Positions 26,067 to 36,811 of a DNA stretch of 64,000 bases are shown here, piece after piece (within the stretch, counting starts at the first letter, position 1; the number at the start of each line of letters is the position of its first letter). The stretch covers positions 65,274-129,273 of the forward strand of contig DASRND010000038.1 in assembly GCA_035647615.1 (NCBI GenBank), written 5' to 3'. Both the position numbers and the translations under genes were made by a program. A model generated the notes under the pieces. That model searched no databases. It was given only the letters and a program-made list of their open reading frames with translations, and had not been told where the DNA came from. This stretch comes from Bacteroidales bacterium (GTDB lineage Bacteria; Bacteroidota; Bacteroidia; Bacteroidales; 4484-276).

Positions 26067-27845
26067 ATGCAAGGAAGAACTTTTGTAGAAAAGATTTTTG
26101 ATGCTCCCGCCGGGAGTATCGTTTTCAAAAAACCTGACCTCATCCTCACCCACGACAATACCGCCAGCATCGATGCTACGTTCAAAAAGATGAACGGCCA
26201 GCGTGTTGCCGATCCCGACCAATTGCTCATCGTGCTCGACCACAATGCACCGCCCACCAGCAGCAAGCTGGCCAACCAATACCAGCAGGTGCGCGACATT
26301 GTGAAAGAGCAGGGCATCAGCAAGTTTTATGATATCGGCCGTGGCATTTGCCATCAGATCATGTCGTATCATGCCCGTCCGGGAATGGTGGTGGTAGGCA
26401 GCGACAGCCACACCTGCACTGCCGGAGCTTTCAACGCTTTTGCTGCCGGCATCGACCGCACCGAATCGGCAGGACTTTGGCGCCAGGGCGAAACCTGGTT
26501 CCGTGTTCCGGAAACACTCAAGATCACGCTCAACGGGAAACTGCCCGCAGGCGTATTTGCCAAAGACCTCTCACTCTGGATCATCGGCATGATTGGCAGC
26601 AGCGGCGCCGACTATATGTCGATAGAATACCACGGCGACGGCGTGAAAACGCTTTCGGTGTCGCAACGCATGACCATCGCCAACCTGGCTTCGGAGATGG
26701 GTGCTAAAAACGCCGTTTTCCCCTGCGATGAAGTTTTGAATAAATTTCTTGGTGAAGAAACAAAAGGTGTATGGGCTGATGCCAATGCGCGCTACGCTCA
26801 GGAAATTGAAATAGACATGAACAAACTTTTCCCGGTGGTAGCAGCGCCCCATCATGTGGACAATGTGAAAGCGCTCTCGGAAGTACAAGGCACACGCATC
26901 GACCAGGCGCTGGTAGGCACGTGCACCAACGGCCGGATGGAAGACCTGAGGGAAGCCGCCGCCGTGCTCAAAGGCAAACAATTGCCCGTCACCGTACAAA
27001 TGTTGGTGATTCCTGCTTCCCGCGAAATCTATCTGGAAGCGCTCAAAGAAGGTGTCATTGAAATACTCATCGAAGCCGGCGCTCAGGTGCTTTCGACTTC
27101 GTGTGGCCCGTGTCTGGGCACAGGCCAGGGAATTCCCGCCGACGGTTACAATGTAATTTCTACCGCCAACCGCAACTTCAAAGGGCGCATGGGCAACAAA
27201 GAATCCAGCATTTATCTGGCTTCGCCGGCAGCCGTGGCCTGGTCGGCACTCAAAGGTGAGATCACCGACCCGCGCGGCATCCGTGCCAACGATGTGTTTC
27301 CCTACCAGCGCGAGCAAAGCGCTACCGTGGAAGTTGCCGCCACCGATGACCGCTACACCGACAGCATCTGGAACTACGCCGACGTGGACAACCTCAACAC
27401 CGACCAGATGTTTGCCGGAAACCTGACCTACACCGTGCTTTCGTCGGAAGCAGAAAAGATACTTCCTTATCTTTTTAAAGGTTTCGACGATAGCTTTTCG
27501 GAACGCGCGCAGCAAAACGACATCATCATCGCCGGCGCCAACTTTGGCTGCGGGAGCTCCCGTGAGCATCCAGCAGTAGGATTGGCACACATCGGCATCA
27601 AAGCAGTGATTTGTAAATCGGTAAACCGGATATTCTATCGCTCGGCAGTAAACCAGGGATTGCCCATCATCATTCTGCCCGAGGCTGTGGATGCTTATCA
27701 TCAGGGCGACGAAACTAAAATTGATTTCGAAAAAGGAACCGTTACCATCGCTGGTAAAGAATTCCATTTTGCCCCCCTACCCGACAAGCTGATGAAGATA
27801 TTCGATGCTAAGGGTTTGGTGAACTATATCAAGGAAACTGTTTGA
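26067..27845 (+). CDS. aconitase-superfamily dehydratase with fused large (LeuC/HacA-like) and small (LeuD/HacB-like) domains
   Basis: N-terminal part: THDNT..., GICHQ, VVGSDSHTCTAGAF, and CGPCLG (Fe-S Cys ligands). C-terminal ~170 aa: NLNTDQM..., and AGANFGCGSSREHPA (swivel-domain GSSRE motif). The start is set at MQGRTFVEKIF (ATG at 26067). Confidence 0.8.
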   Translation: MQGRTFVEKIFDAPAGSIVFKKPDLILTHDNTASIDATFKKMNGQRVADPDQLLIVLDHNAPPTSSKLANQYQQVRDIVKEQGISKFYDIGRGICHQIMSYHARPGMVVVGSDSHTCTAGAFNAFAAGIDRTESAGLWRQGETWFRVPETLKITLNGKLPAGVFAKDLSLWIIGMIGSSGADYMSIEYHGDGVKTLSVSQRMTIANLASEMGAKNAVFPCDEVLNKFLGEETKGVWADANARYAQEIEIDMNKLFPVVAAPHHVDNVKALSEVQGTRIDQALVGTCTNGRMEDLREAAAVLKGKQLPVTVQMLVIPASREIYLEALKEGVIEILIEAGAQVLSTSCGPCLGTGQGIPADGYNVISTANRNFKGRMGNKESSIYLASPAAVAWSALKGEITDPRGIRANDVFPYQREQSATVEVAATDDRYTDSIWNYADVDNLNTDQMFAGNLTYTVLSSEAEKILPYLFKGFDDSFSERAQQNDIIIAGANFGCGSSREHPAVGLAHIGIKAVICKSVNRIFYRSAVNQGLPIIILPEAVDAYHQGDETKIDFEKGTVTIAGKEFHFAPLPDKLMKIFDAKGLVNYIKETV

Positions 27846-28142
27846 TTTTTAAGTTTCAAACAAAACATACATAGGCGGATAGGTTCAGCCTAGGCTGGTT
27901 TCGACATCGCTCAACCACAGCCTAAGCTGAATCTATTTTTGCAGGCTGAGCCTCGTCCAAACCCTAAGCCTCGTCCAAACTCAGAGTCAAATAATTGCGG
28001 AATACCTGGACGGCTGGTCATTTTAATACATACCATTTTATTTCCAAAGCCACAGGTAATTTACTTCCGAAAACGCGCGCAAAACAATTGAAATAAAAAA
28101 CTGTTATCCCACAGTCAACAACAGCTTTTTTTATAAAAATAA

Positions 28143-29489
28143 ATGAAGAAATCCTTCAAGATACTGGGCATCATCATCGCAATAGTGGTTGCCTACCTCA
28201 TAGTTTTACAGCTTTACCCCAAAAATGCAGGACGTTTTCCGTTTCTGGTTGTCTTGTTTTTTGGCGACTATTATTTGTGGCGCTCCATCCGCGAATGGAT
28301 GCAACGCAAAGGCGAAGCACTGCGGTATTTTCTTACAATGCTTTACTGGGTTCCTTTTGCAATGATCGTCGGCGCTACCCTTGCTCTCCTGGCTTTTCCT
28401 AATTTGACATGGAACCGCCCCACCGAGATTTATTTCTATGGGTTCATCTTCGTTGCGTACGTTTCTAAATTCATTCCCATCCTGTTTTTGCTTTTGGCTG
28501 ATGTTATCCGCGGTCTGCGCTATTTGCTCTTTAAGACACGCGCAGTACGTCGGGAAAGCACGCCCGACGGGGAAACCAAGCGTATAACAAGAAGCGAGTT
28601 CCTGAAAACCACCGGACTCATTGGCGGTGGGTTGCTTTTCAGCGGATTGATGGCAGGCATGGTAAAATGGGCTTTTGATTTCAAAATACATCGCCATCAG
28701 GTGCTTTTGCCAAATTTGCCCATTTCCTTCGACAGGCTTCGCATCATTCAGATTTCGGATATCCATCTGGGTAGTTGGGCCAGTAAGCAGGCATTGCGCG
28801 AAGCCATCCATCGCATCAACGAGCTGGAGCCGGACCTTATATTTTTCACCGGCGACCTGGTAAACAATAAAACCGATGAAACCGCTCCTTTTGAAGATAT
28901 TCTGGGCGAGTTGAAAGCTGCATCAGGCATCTATGCCACCCTGGGCAACCACGACTACGGTGACTATGTGCGCTGGCCGAGCAAAGCTGCCAAGCAAGAA
29001 AATATGCAGCAGCTCTATGATCTTTATAAAAGATTGGGATGGGAATTGCTCAACAACGAAAACCGGATTTACGACAACGGCGATGGTAAGCTGGCGGTGA
29101 TCGGCGTAGAAAACTGGGGCGACTTCGGAAGCTTTCCCAAACATGGCGACCTCGACAAAGCCATCGTCGGCGCCGAAGATGCCCGTGTGAAGCTGTTGCT
29201 TTCGCACGACCCTTCACACTGGGACAAAGTGGTGACAGAGCGTTTCCGCGACATCGACATCACCTTTGCCGGCCACACCCACGGCTTCCAGTTTGGCATC
29301 GAAATAAAAAATATAAAATGGAGTCCGGCACAGTACGTCTATAAACACTGGGCTGGCATGTACGAGCGTTTTTCGCCTGAATCGCAACTGCAGCGCCTCT
29401 ACGTAAATCGCGGCCTGGGCAACATCGGCTATCCCGGCCGGGTGGGCATCCTCCCCGAAATTACACTGATGGAGCTGGTGAAGGGGTAG
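28143..29489 (+). CDS. membrane-anchored calcineurin-like metallophosphoesterase
   Basis: About five N-terminal TM helices, then QISDIHLG, FTGDLV, LGNHDY, LSHDP and AGHTHG motifs. Confidence 0.8.
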   Translation: MKKSFKILGIIIAIVVAYLIVLQLYPKNAGRFPFLVVLFFGDYYLWRSIREWMQRKGEALRYFLTMLYWVPFAMIVGATLALLAFPNLTWNRPTEIYFYGFIFVAYVSKFIPILFLLLADVIRGLRYLLFKTRAVRRESTPDGETKRITRSEFLKTTGLIGGGLLFSGLMAGMVKWAFDFKIHRHQVLLPNLPISFDRLRIIQISDIHLGSWASKQALREAIHRINELEPDLIFFTGDLVNNKTDETAPFEDILGELKAASGIYATLGNHDYGDYVRWPSKAAKQENMQQLYDLYKRLGWELLNNENRIYDNGDGKLAVIGVENWGDFGSFPKHGDLDKAIVGAEDARVKLLLSHDPSHWDKVVTERFRDIDITFAGHTHGFQFGIEIKNIKWSPAQYVYKHWAGMYERFSPESQLQRLYVNRGLGNIGYPGRVGILPEITLMELVKG

Positions 29490-29566
29490 GAATCGAGAAG
29501 CCTAGTTTTAATAAAATTCAGAAAAACACCTCCCCCTCAAAAATACCCAGCCGGCACAAAATCGGA

Positions 29567-30514
29567 TTATCCGCTCTGCCGCTCCTTGAGTTGATAAAAT
29601 ACGCCCCGCTGCTGCTCTATGGTTTCGATTTTATTGTCGGCGTCGAGCACATCCAGATATTTATTCACTTCGTTGATGTGCATGCCCAGGATGCTCGTCA
29701 GATCGTGGACTGTACATGGCCTACGGGCAATGGTTTCGAGTATGGCGGCTTCGGCATCTTTTCGATACGACTGCACTTCGGTTCGTTGCTTGGCTGCGGC
29801 AATGATTTCGACATTCGGGAGCTGCCAGAAGTCAACCACACGCTGCAACTCTTCGCGGGTAGCTCCCCGTAATCCGGTGATGGTGCCGGGGCGGTCGAGC
29901 GTGTTGATTTGTATGGAGTCGGGCTTGATTTTCAAAATGGCATTTTTGATCCCGGTAAGTTCCGGCTCATCATCATTGTAGCCGGGCAGGATGAATATCT
30001 CCAACCAAATCTTCCCTTTAAATTCCTTTCTGAATTCAACCAATCCGTCGATGTATTTTTCGACGCTGAGATTTTCGTGGGGTCGGTTTATTTTTCTAAA
30101 AGCCTCGTCGGTGGCAGCATCGAGTGAGGGGAGCACAACATCAGCACCTACAATTGCATCGCGAACGTTTTTATCATAAAACAGCGTGGCATTGGTCAAA
30201 ACCGCCACCGGGATTGCAGGCTTGTTTTCTTTTATAAACTGCAGGATTTCGCCAATATGAATATTCAACGTGGGCTCACCCGACCCCGAGAAGGTGATAA
30301 AATCAGGATCAGGATTGTTGTTGAAATAATCCGTCAGCTCCTCTTTTATCCTGGCCATTTTGAGGTATTCCTTTCGGTCGATGGTGAGCTTGGTGGTTTT
30401 GCCCACTTCGCAATAGACGCAATCGAGCGTGCACACTTTGCGGGGAACCAGATCGACGCCAAGCGAAATTCCAAGCCTGCGCGATGGCACAGGGCCAAAT
30501 AGATATTTGTACAT
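29567..30514 (-). CDS. radical SAM protein (COG0731-like) with C-terminal winged-helix-like domain
   Basis: FGPVPSRRLGISLGVDL...CTLDCVYCEVG (CxxxCxxC), FSGSGEPTL, and a C-terminal TVHDLTSILGMHINEVNKYLDVL. Confidence 0.75.
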   Translation of the reverse strand: MYKYLFGPVPSRRLGISLGVDLVPRKVCTLDCVYCEVGKTTKLTIDRKEYLKMARIKEELTDYFNNNPDPDFITFSGSGEPTLNIHIGEILQFIKENKPAIPVAVLTNATLFYDKNVRDAIVGADVVLPSLDAATDEAFRKINRPHENLSVEKYIDGLVEFRKEFKGKIWLEIFILPGYNDDEPELTGIKNAILKIKPDSIQINTLDRPGTITGLRGATREELQRVVDFWQLPNVEIIAAAKQRTEVQSYRKDAEAAILETIARRPCTVHDLTSILGMHINEVNKYLDVLDADNKIETIEQQRGVFYQLKERQSG

Positions 30515-30756
30515 GAAAGGTGGTTTTCTTTTAGTTTAACTAGGGAACTCAATCAATAAATCTCAAAATCAAAAACTCAATAACCAGGTTTCGAAAAGCT
30601 GGCTTCGACTTGGTTCGGCTCCGCTCACCAACCGACGCTCAGCCACCACAACCAGCGGCAATACTAAAGAAACGAAATGAATCGCTATCCTTAACTTTGG
30701 ATTGTGGCTTTTGGGATTTATTTGTCAATTGATATTTGTGTTTTGTAATTTGAACA

Positions 30757-31194
30757 CTAATTGTATTGTATCCTCAGCTCCTCATTGGTTAGCGTAGGTT
30801 TTATCAGCTCCTGCCACATATCTCCACGCCAGGTTTCGAGGTTTTGATGGGTGTCGTAATATTTCTGGGGGATTGGATGCGTACCCACCACCACTTTTAT
30901 TTTGTACTTCTCTTCGATAAACCTTTTGAAATAATTGACCGAACGACACGGCGGATAGCCGACCACCATTCCGGTGGCAAGATGAATTACTTCAGCGCCG
31001 TTTTTGATCATTTCGGCAGCGGCGTATTCGATGTTTCCACCGGGGCAGCCGCCACAACTGGTGTATCCTACAACTTCAAGCTCTTCGGCAGGATCGTAAA
31101 TATCAAAAGCTCCTTCACGGTTTTTCACGGCTTTAAAGCATTTTCCACCAGCACAGCTCTTGTATCTGTTGCAAATAATGATTCCTATTTTCAT
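30757..31194 (-). CDS. CGGC-domain protein (predicted metal-binding, function unknown)
   Basis: MKIGIIICNRYKSCAGGKCF... and YTSCGGCPG, the signature of the CGGC domain family. Confidence 0.7.
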   Translation of the reverse strand: MKIGIIICNRYKSCAGGKCFKAVKNREGAFDIYDPAEELEVVGYTSCGGCPGGNIEYAAAEMIKNGAEVIHLATGMVVGYPPCRSVNYFKRFIEEKYKIKVVVGTHPIPQKYYDTHQNLETWRGDMWQELIKPTLTNEELRIQYN

Positions 31195-31690
31195 CTGTCT
31201 GTTTTTTTATGAATGAAGGTGTAAAGGTAGAAAATATTCTCGCGCAAACTTTCTTTCATTTTTTGACATGATTTTTCAAAATTGATGATGCCGCCCGGTT
31301 GGTGCTTTTACCGATTTCGCAACCAATATCATAGCGCTTTGCGCCATGCTAATGATCCCCCCCCATGGGGGCTATGATGCCATTTTTTTCAAACAAGGGG
31401 GTCAAAAAGGACTGATGTCGTTTTTTATAAATAATCCTCAAAATAAAGATAGAACCATCGCTTCATTTGCAGGGCTGTGAACGCCAATCGGTAGACATCG
31501 AATTTTTAAAATATTGATGCTAATCCAAAATAAATTATCCCGGGCAAACAAAAAGGAGCTACCCACAGGCAGTCCTTTTTTTTAATAAATATAACATGAC
31601 TTTTTACCCAATTGAAATGGTTTTTTTTTGGGTTTTTGTTTTGGGGTTTACTCTTCTTATGCCGATTTATTCAAAAGGCAAAACTCCGGA

Positions 31691-31725
31691 AAACAAAAAA
31701 GCGACCCTCGCAGGTCGCTTTTTTT
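31691..31725 (-). terminator. bidirectional rho-independent terminator downstream of eno
   Basis: GCGACC-ctcgca-GGTCGC is flanked by an A-run on one side and a T-run on the other. A second hairpin, TCGCAAC-gcgtctg-GTTGCGA, lies at 31743-31765. Confidence 0.75.
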
Positions 31726-31773
31726 AATATTCAAAAACCATCTCGCAACGCGTCTGGTTGCGACAGGATGATA

Positions 31774-33087
<1,314 letters not shown>

Positions 33088-33093
33088 CTACAT

Positions 33094-33130
33094 AAAAAAG
33101 GATAAAGCAACGACATCGCCTTATCCTTTT
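33094..33130 (-). terminator. rho-independent terminator after rplQ (end of the alpha operon)
   Basis: The minus strand reads AAAAGGATAAGGC-gatgtcgtt-GCTTTATCCTTTTTT. Confidence 0.7.
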
Positions 33131-33152
33131 ATAATTTTTAACCTTCAAAAGG

Positions 33153-33875
33153 TTACTCTTTTTTGGTGCTTTCGTCGTCGTTTTCAGGTTCCTGTTCGGT
33201 TTCAGCCTGCTGCTGATCAGTTTGCTCAGCAACATCTTCAACTTCCTCAGGTTGCTGATCGGCAGGAGTGGATTCTGTTTCTTCCATTTCTTTTTCTTCC
33301 TCTTCAGCTTCAGCGACAACTACAGGCGTCTCTTCTTCTTTAGCCGGAGCAACAGCTACAGGCTTTTCTTCTTCAGCTTTGGCCTGTGGTTTGTTTTTCT
33401 CTTCGGTTTTGGCTTTGGGAACTGCGACAGGAGCTACTGTATCGGCACCACTTTTTTTGCGGCGGCGACGACGACCTGTTGATTTCTCTTCGACTTTTCC
33501 ACCTCCGAGCAGGTTCTCGTTGTAATCTACCAGTTCCATCATGCACATTTCGGCGTTGTCACCTTCACGGGTGCCAAGTCTTATGATGCGGGTGTATCCG
33601 CCGGGACGGTCGGCAACTTTAACAGATACTTCGCGGAAAAGCTCTGTCACAGCTTCTTTGCTTTGCAGATGACTGAATACCATCCGGCGCGAGTGCGTAG
33701 TGTCGGTCTTGGAGCGCGTTATCAATGGTTCGACATAAATCCGCAATGCTTTGGCTTTGGCCACGGTGGTGGTGATTCGCTTGTGCAAAATGAGCGAGGT
33801 GGCCATGTTGGACAACATCGCGCGGCGGTGGGAACTGGTTCTGCTTAAATGATTAAATTTCTTACGGTGTCTCAT
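33153..33875 (-). CDS. rplQ: 50S ribosomal protein bL17 with ~115-aa acidic/Lys-rich C-terminal extension
   Basis: [45 protein letters not shown] is canonical L17. The tail is rich in E/A/K/P/V ([35 protein letters not shown]...). Confidence 0.95.
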   Translation of the reverse strand: MRHRKKFNHLSRTSSHRRAMLSNMATSLILHKRITTTVAKAKALRIYVEPLITRSKTDTTHSRRMVFSHLQSKEAVTELFREVSVKVADRPGGYTRIIRLGTREGDNAEMCMMELVDYNENLLGGGKVEEKSTGRRRRRKKSGADTVAPVAVPKAKTEEKNKPQAKAEEEKPVAVAPAKEEETPVVVAEAEEEEKEMEETESTPADQQPEEVEDVAEQTDQQQAETEQEPENDDESTKKE

Positions 33876-33882
33876 CTTACAA

Positions 33883-34875
33883 TTATTCCTTGTCTAATTT
33901 ATACTTCGAAGTATTCATTCCAAACTCCAGATTTTTGGATTTCACCAGCTCTTCGAGTTCAGTAAGTGATTTCTTACCAAAGTTGCGAAACTTCAGCAGA
34001 TCGTTTTTGTTGAAAACCACCAGGTCGCCAAGTGTTTCTACATCAGCAGCCTTCAAGCAGTTGAGTGCGCGCACCGAGAGATCCAGATCGAGCAGCTTGG
34101 TCTTGAGCAACTGCCGGACGTGAAGTGAGTTCTCGTCAAATTCTTCGCTAACATTTTTCTCCTCGGTCTCCAGTGCTATTTTTTCGTCGGAGAAGAGCAT
34201 GAAATGATAGATAAGAATGCGGGCTGCCTCTTTGAGTGCATCTTTGGGATGGATAGATCCATCGGTAAGAATCTCGATAATGAGTTTTTCGTAGTCGGTT
34301 TTTTGTTCTACCCTGAAGTCCTCCACATCGAAATTGACGTTGCGGATAGGCGTATGAATGGAATCCATAGCGATAGTGCCTATGAGTGCATTCATATCCT
34401 TATTTTCTTCGGCAGGCACATAACCACGCCCTTTATTGATGCTGAGTTCCAGCGACAGCTTAACATTAGGATCCATCGTACAGATCACTATTTCGGGATT
34501 GAGCACCTGAAACACCGACAAGTATTTATTGATGTCGCCGGCTTTAAACTCTTCCTGTCCTGAGATAACGATGTGTACTTTTTCGGCGTTGGTATCGTCG
34601 ACGAGTTTCTTAAAACGAATTTGTTTCAAGTTAAGAATCATCTCGCTTACATCTTCCACCACGCCTTTGATGGTAGAGAACTCCTGCTCCACCCCCTCAA
34701 TACGGACGTTGGTTATGGCAAAACCCTCGAGCGAAGACAAAAGAATGCGGCGCAGTGTGTTACCAATGGTAATGCCAAAACCGGGTTCAAGGGGGCGAAA
34801 CTCAAAAGATCCACGGTAGTCATCCGATTCGATCATGATCACTTTTTCGGGCTTCTGAAATGCTAATATTGCCAT
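33883..34875 (-). CDS. rpoA: DNA-directed RNA polymerase subunit alpha
   Basis: Full-length RpoA: N-terminal domain [17 protein letters not shown] and C-terminal domain [20 protein letters not shown]. Confidence 0.97.
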   Translation of the reverse strand: MAILAFQKPEKVIMIESDDYRGSFEFRPLEPGFGITIGNTLRRILLSSLEGFAITNVRIEGVEQEFSTIKGVVEDVSEMILNLKQIRFKKLVDDTNAEKVHIVISGQEEFKAGDINKYLSVFQVLNPEIVICTMDPNVKLSLELSINKGRGYVPAEENKDMNALIGTIAMDSIHTPIRNVNFDVEDFRVEQKTDYEKLIIEILTDGSIHPKDALKEAARILIYHFMLFSDEKIALETEEKNVSEEFDENSLHVRQLLKTKLLDLDLSVRALNCLKAADVETLGDLVVFNKNDLLKFRNFGKKSLTELEELVKSKNLEFGMNTSKYKLDKE

Positions 34876-34929
34876 GATATAAACCTTTGGTTTTTTGTTT
34901 TAAATAAAAAAATAAAAAATCTATTACGC

Positions 34930-35535
34930 TTACTTAGAATAGAGCTCTACGATGAGTTGCTCGTTGATATTCTCAGGAATATCACTTCTTTCGGGATAGT
35001 TCAACAATTTCCCGGAAAGTTTCTCTTCGTCCCACTCCAGCCAGGGGTAAGGATTGGTGCGCGAAGACAATGCTTCGCTGATAACCTCGAGTGATTTGCT
35101 ACGCTCGCGGATGCCTACAATGTCGCCGGGTCGTACAGCAAACGAAGGAATATTCACAACTTCGTTATTGACCACGATGTGTTTGTGACCAATGAGCTGA
35201 CGGGCTGCTGCACGGGTAGGAGCTATTCCAAAGCGGTATACCAGGTTGTCGAGGCGTGTTTCGATGAACTGCAACAAGACTTCGCCGGTAACGCTACGTT
35301 TTTGCGCAGCTTTCGTAAAGGTATTTCTAAACTGCTTCTCCAGAATACCATAGGTGTATTTGGCCTTCTGTTTTTCAGCCAGCTGAAGCCCGTATTCCGA
35401 CTCTTTCTTTCTACGCCTGGTTTGCCCATGCTGTCCGGGAGGATATTTTTTCTTCTCGAAGGATTTATCAGCACCGAAAAGTGGCTCGTTAAACTTACGC
35501 GAGATGCGCGTTTTTGGCCCAATGTATCTTGCCAT
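34930..35535 (-). CDS. rpsD: 30S ribosomal protein uS4
   Basis: [15 protein letters not shown]..., S4 domain, conserved operon position. Confidence 0.97.
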   Translation of the reverse strand: MARYIGPKTRISRKFNEPLFGADKSFEKKKYPPGQHGQTRRRKKESEYGLQLAEKQKAKYTYGILEKQFRNTFTKAAQKRSVTGEVLLQFIETRLDNLVYRFGIAPTRAAARQLIGHKHIVVNNEVVNIPSFAVRPGDIVGIRERSKSLEVISEALSSRTNPYPWLEWDEEKLSGKLLNYPERSDIPENINEQLIVELYSK

Positions 35536-35571
35536 TTTTATCTATAATTAAATTTCTAACAAACAAATATC

Positions 35572-35970
35572 TTAAACTCTTCTTCTTTTAGGCGGGCGGC
35601 AACCATTGTGAGGCAAAGGCGTAACGTCGTTAATCTCGGTTACTTCGATGCCAGCAGAGTGGAGGGTACGAATGGCCGATTCGCGACCGGAGCCGGGGCC
35701 TTTCACATACACTTTTACTTTGCGCAAGCCTGCATCGAAAGCTACTTTGGAGCAATCTTCGGCGGCAGTTTGTGCTGCATAAGGTGTGTTTTTCTTCGAA
35801 CCTCTGAAACCCATTTTCCCTGATGACGACCAGGATATTACCTGCCCGACATTGTTGGTAAGGGTAACAATGATGTTGTTGAAAGAAGCGCTGATGTATG
35901 CTCTTCCGTATGGTTCAACTTTCACAACCCGTTTCTTGGTTGTTTTTCCTGTTTTAGCTGATTTTGCCAT
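35572..35970 (-). CDS. rpsK: 30S ribosomal protein uS11
   Basis: [17 protein letters not shown]...[14 protein letters not shown]...[13 protein letters not shown]. Confidence 0.97.
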   Translation of the reverse strand: MAKSAKTGKTTKKRVVKVEPYGRAYISASFNNIIVTLTNNVGQVISWSSSGKMGFRGSKKNTPYAAQTAAEDCSKVAFDAGLRKVKVYVKGPGSGRESAIRTLHSAGIEVTEINDVTPLPHNGCRPPKRRRV

Positions 35971-36022
35971 TTTCTATTTATTTCTTACTTAATTTTCGCA
36001 AAAACAATATCCCGAACAAGCA

Positions 36023-36403
36023 TCAACCGGTTGGTGCTTTCTTTTTGTTAGCAACAGTTTTCTTGCGGCCTTTACGGGTACGTGCGTTATTTTTGGTTGA
36101 TTGCCCACGCAGGGGTAATCCCAAACGATGGCGGATACCACGGTAAGTACCGATGTCCATGAGCCGTTTAATGTTCATCTGCACTTCAGAGCGCAGTGCA
36201 CCTTCCACTTTGTACTCATCGGAAATCAGGCCGCGGATCTTGTTTTGTTCGTCATCGTTCCAGTCCTGAACCTTTTTGTCGAGGTCTACTTCGGCTCTTA
36301 CCAGTATCTCGGTAGCCAGGCTACGGCCGATACCGTGGATGTAAGTTAGCGAAACGACACCGCGCTTGTTCTTTGGTATGTCAACACCTGCAATACGTGC
36401 CAT
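36023..36403 (-). CDS. rpsM: 30S ribosomal protein uS13
   Basis: [14 protein letters not shown]...[26 protein letters not shown]. Confidence 0.97.
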   Translation of the reverse strand: MARIAGVDIPKNKRGVVSLTYIHGIGRSLATEILVRAEVDLDKKVQDWNDDEQNKIRGLISDEYKVEGALRSEVQMNIKRLMDIGTYRGIRHRLGLPLRGQSTKNNARTRKGRKKTVANKKKAPTG

Positions 36404-36434
36404 AATGTTATCCTTGTTTTAATAAAATTAGTTA

Positions 36435-36551
36435 CTATCCTTGTCTTTGCTTTAACTTAGGATTTTTTTTGTTAATGATGTAAAGCCTGCCTTTACGACG
36501 CACGATCTTACAATCTGCGGTTCTCTTTTTAATTGAAGCTCTTACTTTCAT
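36435..36551 (-). CDS. rpmJ: 50S ribosomal protein bL36 (38 aa; below the ORF-track size cutoff)
   Basis: Hand translation of the minus strand gives [38 protein letters not shown]. It sits in the expected slot between infA and rpsM. Confidence 0.93.
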   Translation of the reverse strand: MKVRASIKKRTADCKIVRRKGRLYIINKKNPKLKQRQG

Positions 36552-36566
36552 GACTAATTGTGTGTG

Positions 36567-36785
36567 TTACTTGTATCTGAATGTAATTCGTCCTTTTGTC
36601 AAATCATACGGCGACATAGCAATCTTCACGCGGTCGCCAGGCAGTATCTTGATGTAGTGCATGCGCATTTTACCAGAGATGTGAGCTGTGATTACGTGCC
36701 CATTCTCGAGTTCCACGCGAAACATGGCATTACCCAATGATTCTACTACTGTTCCGTCCTGCTCGATGATAGGTTGCTTGGCCAT
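36567..36785 (-). CDS. infA: translation initiation factor IF-1
   Basis: [53 protein letters not shown]. Confidence 0.97.
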   Translation of the reverse strand: MAKQPIIEQDGTVVESLGNAMFRVELENGHVITAHISGKMRMHYIKILPGDRVKIAMSPYDLTKGRITFRYK

Positions 36786-36811
36786 AAAATTTTTTATCGT
36801 ATTCTATTTAA

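Noticed and set aside
26571-27767. 398-aa ORF antisense to the aconitase-family gene.
   Set aside because: It is entirely contained within a gene that has clear motif-level homology on the other strand, and its own translation has no recognisable motifs. It is a shadow ORF typical of GC-rich coding DNA.
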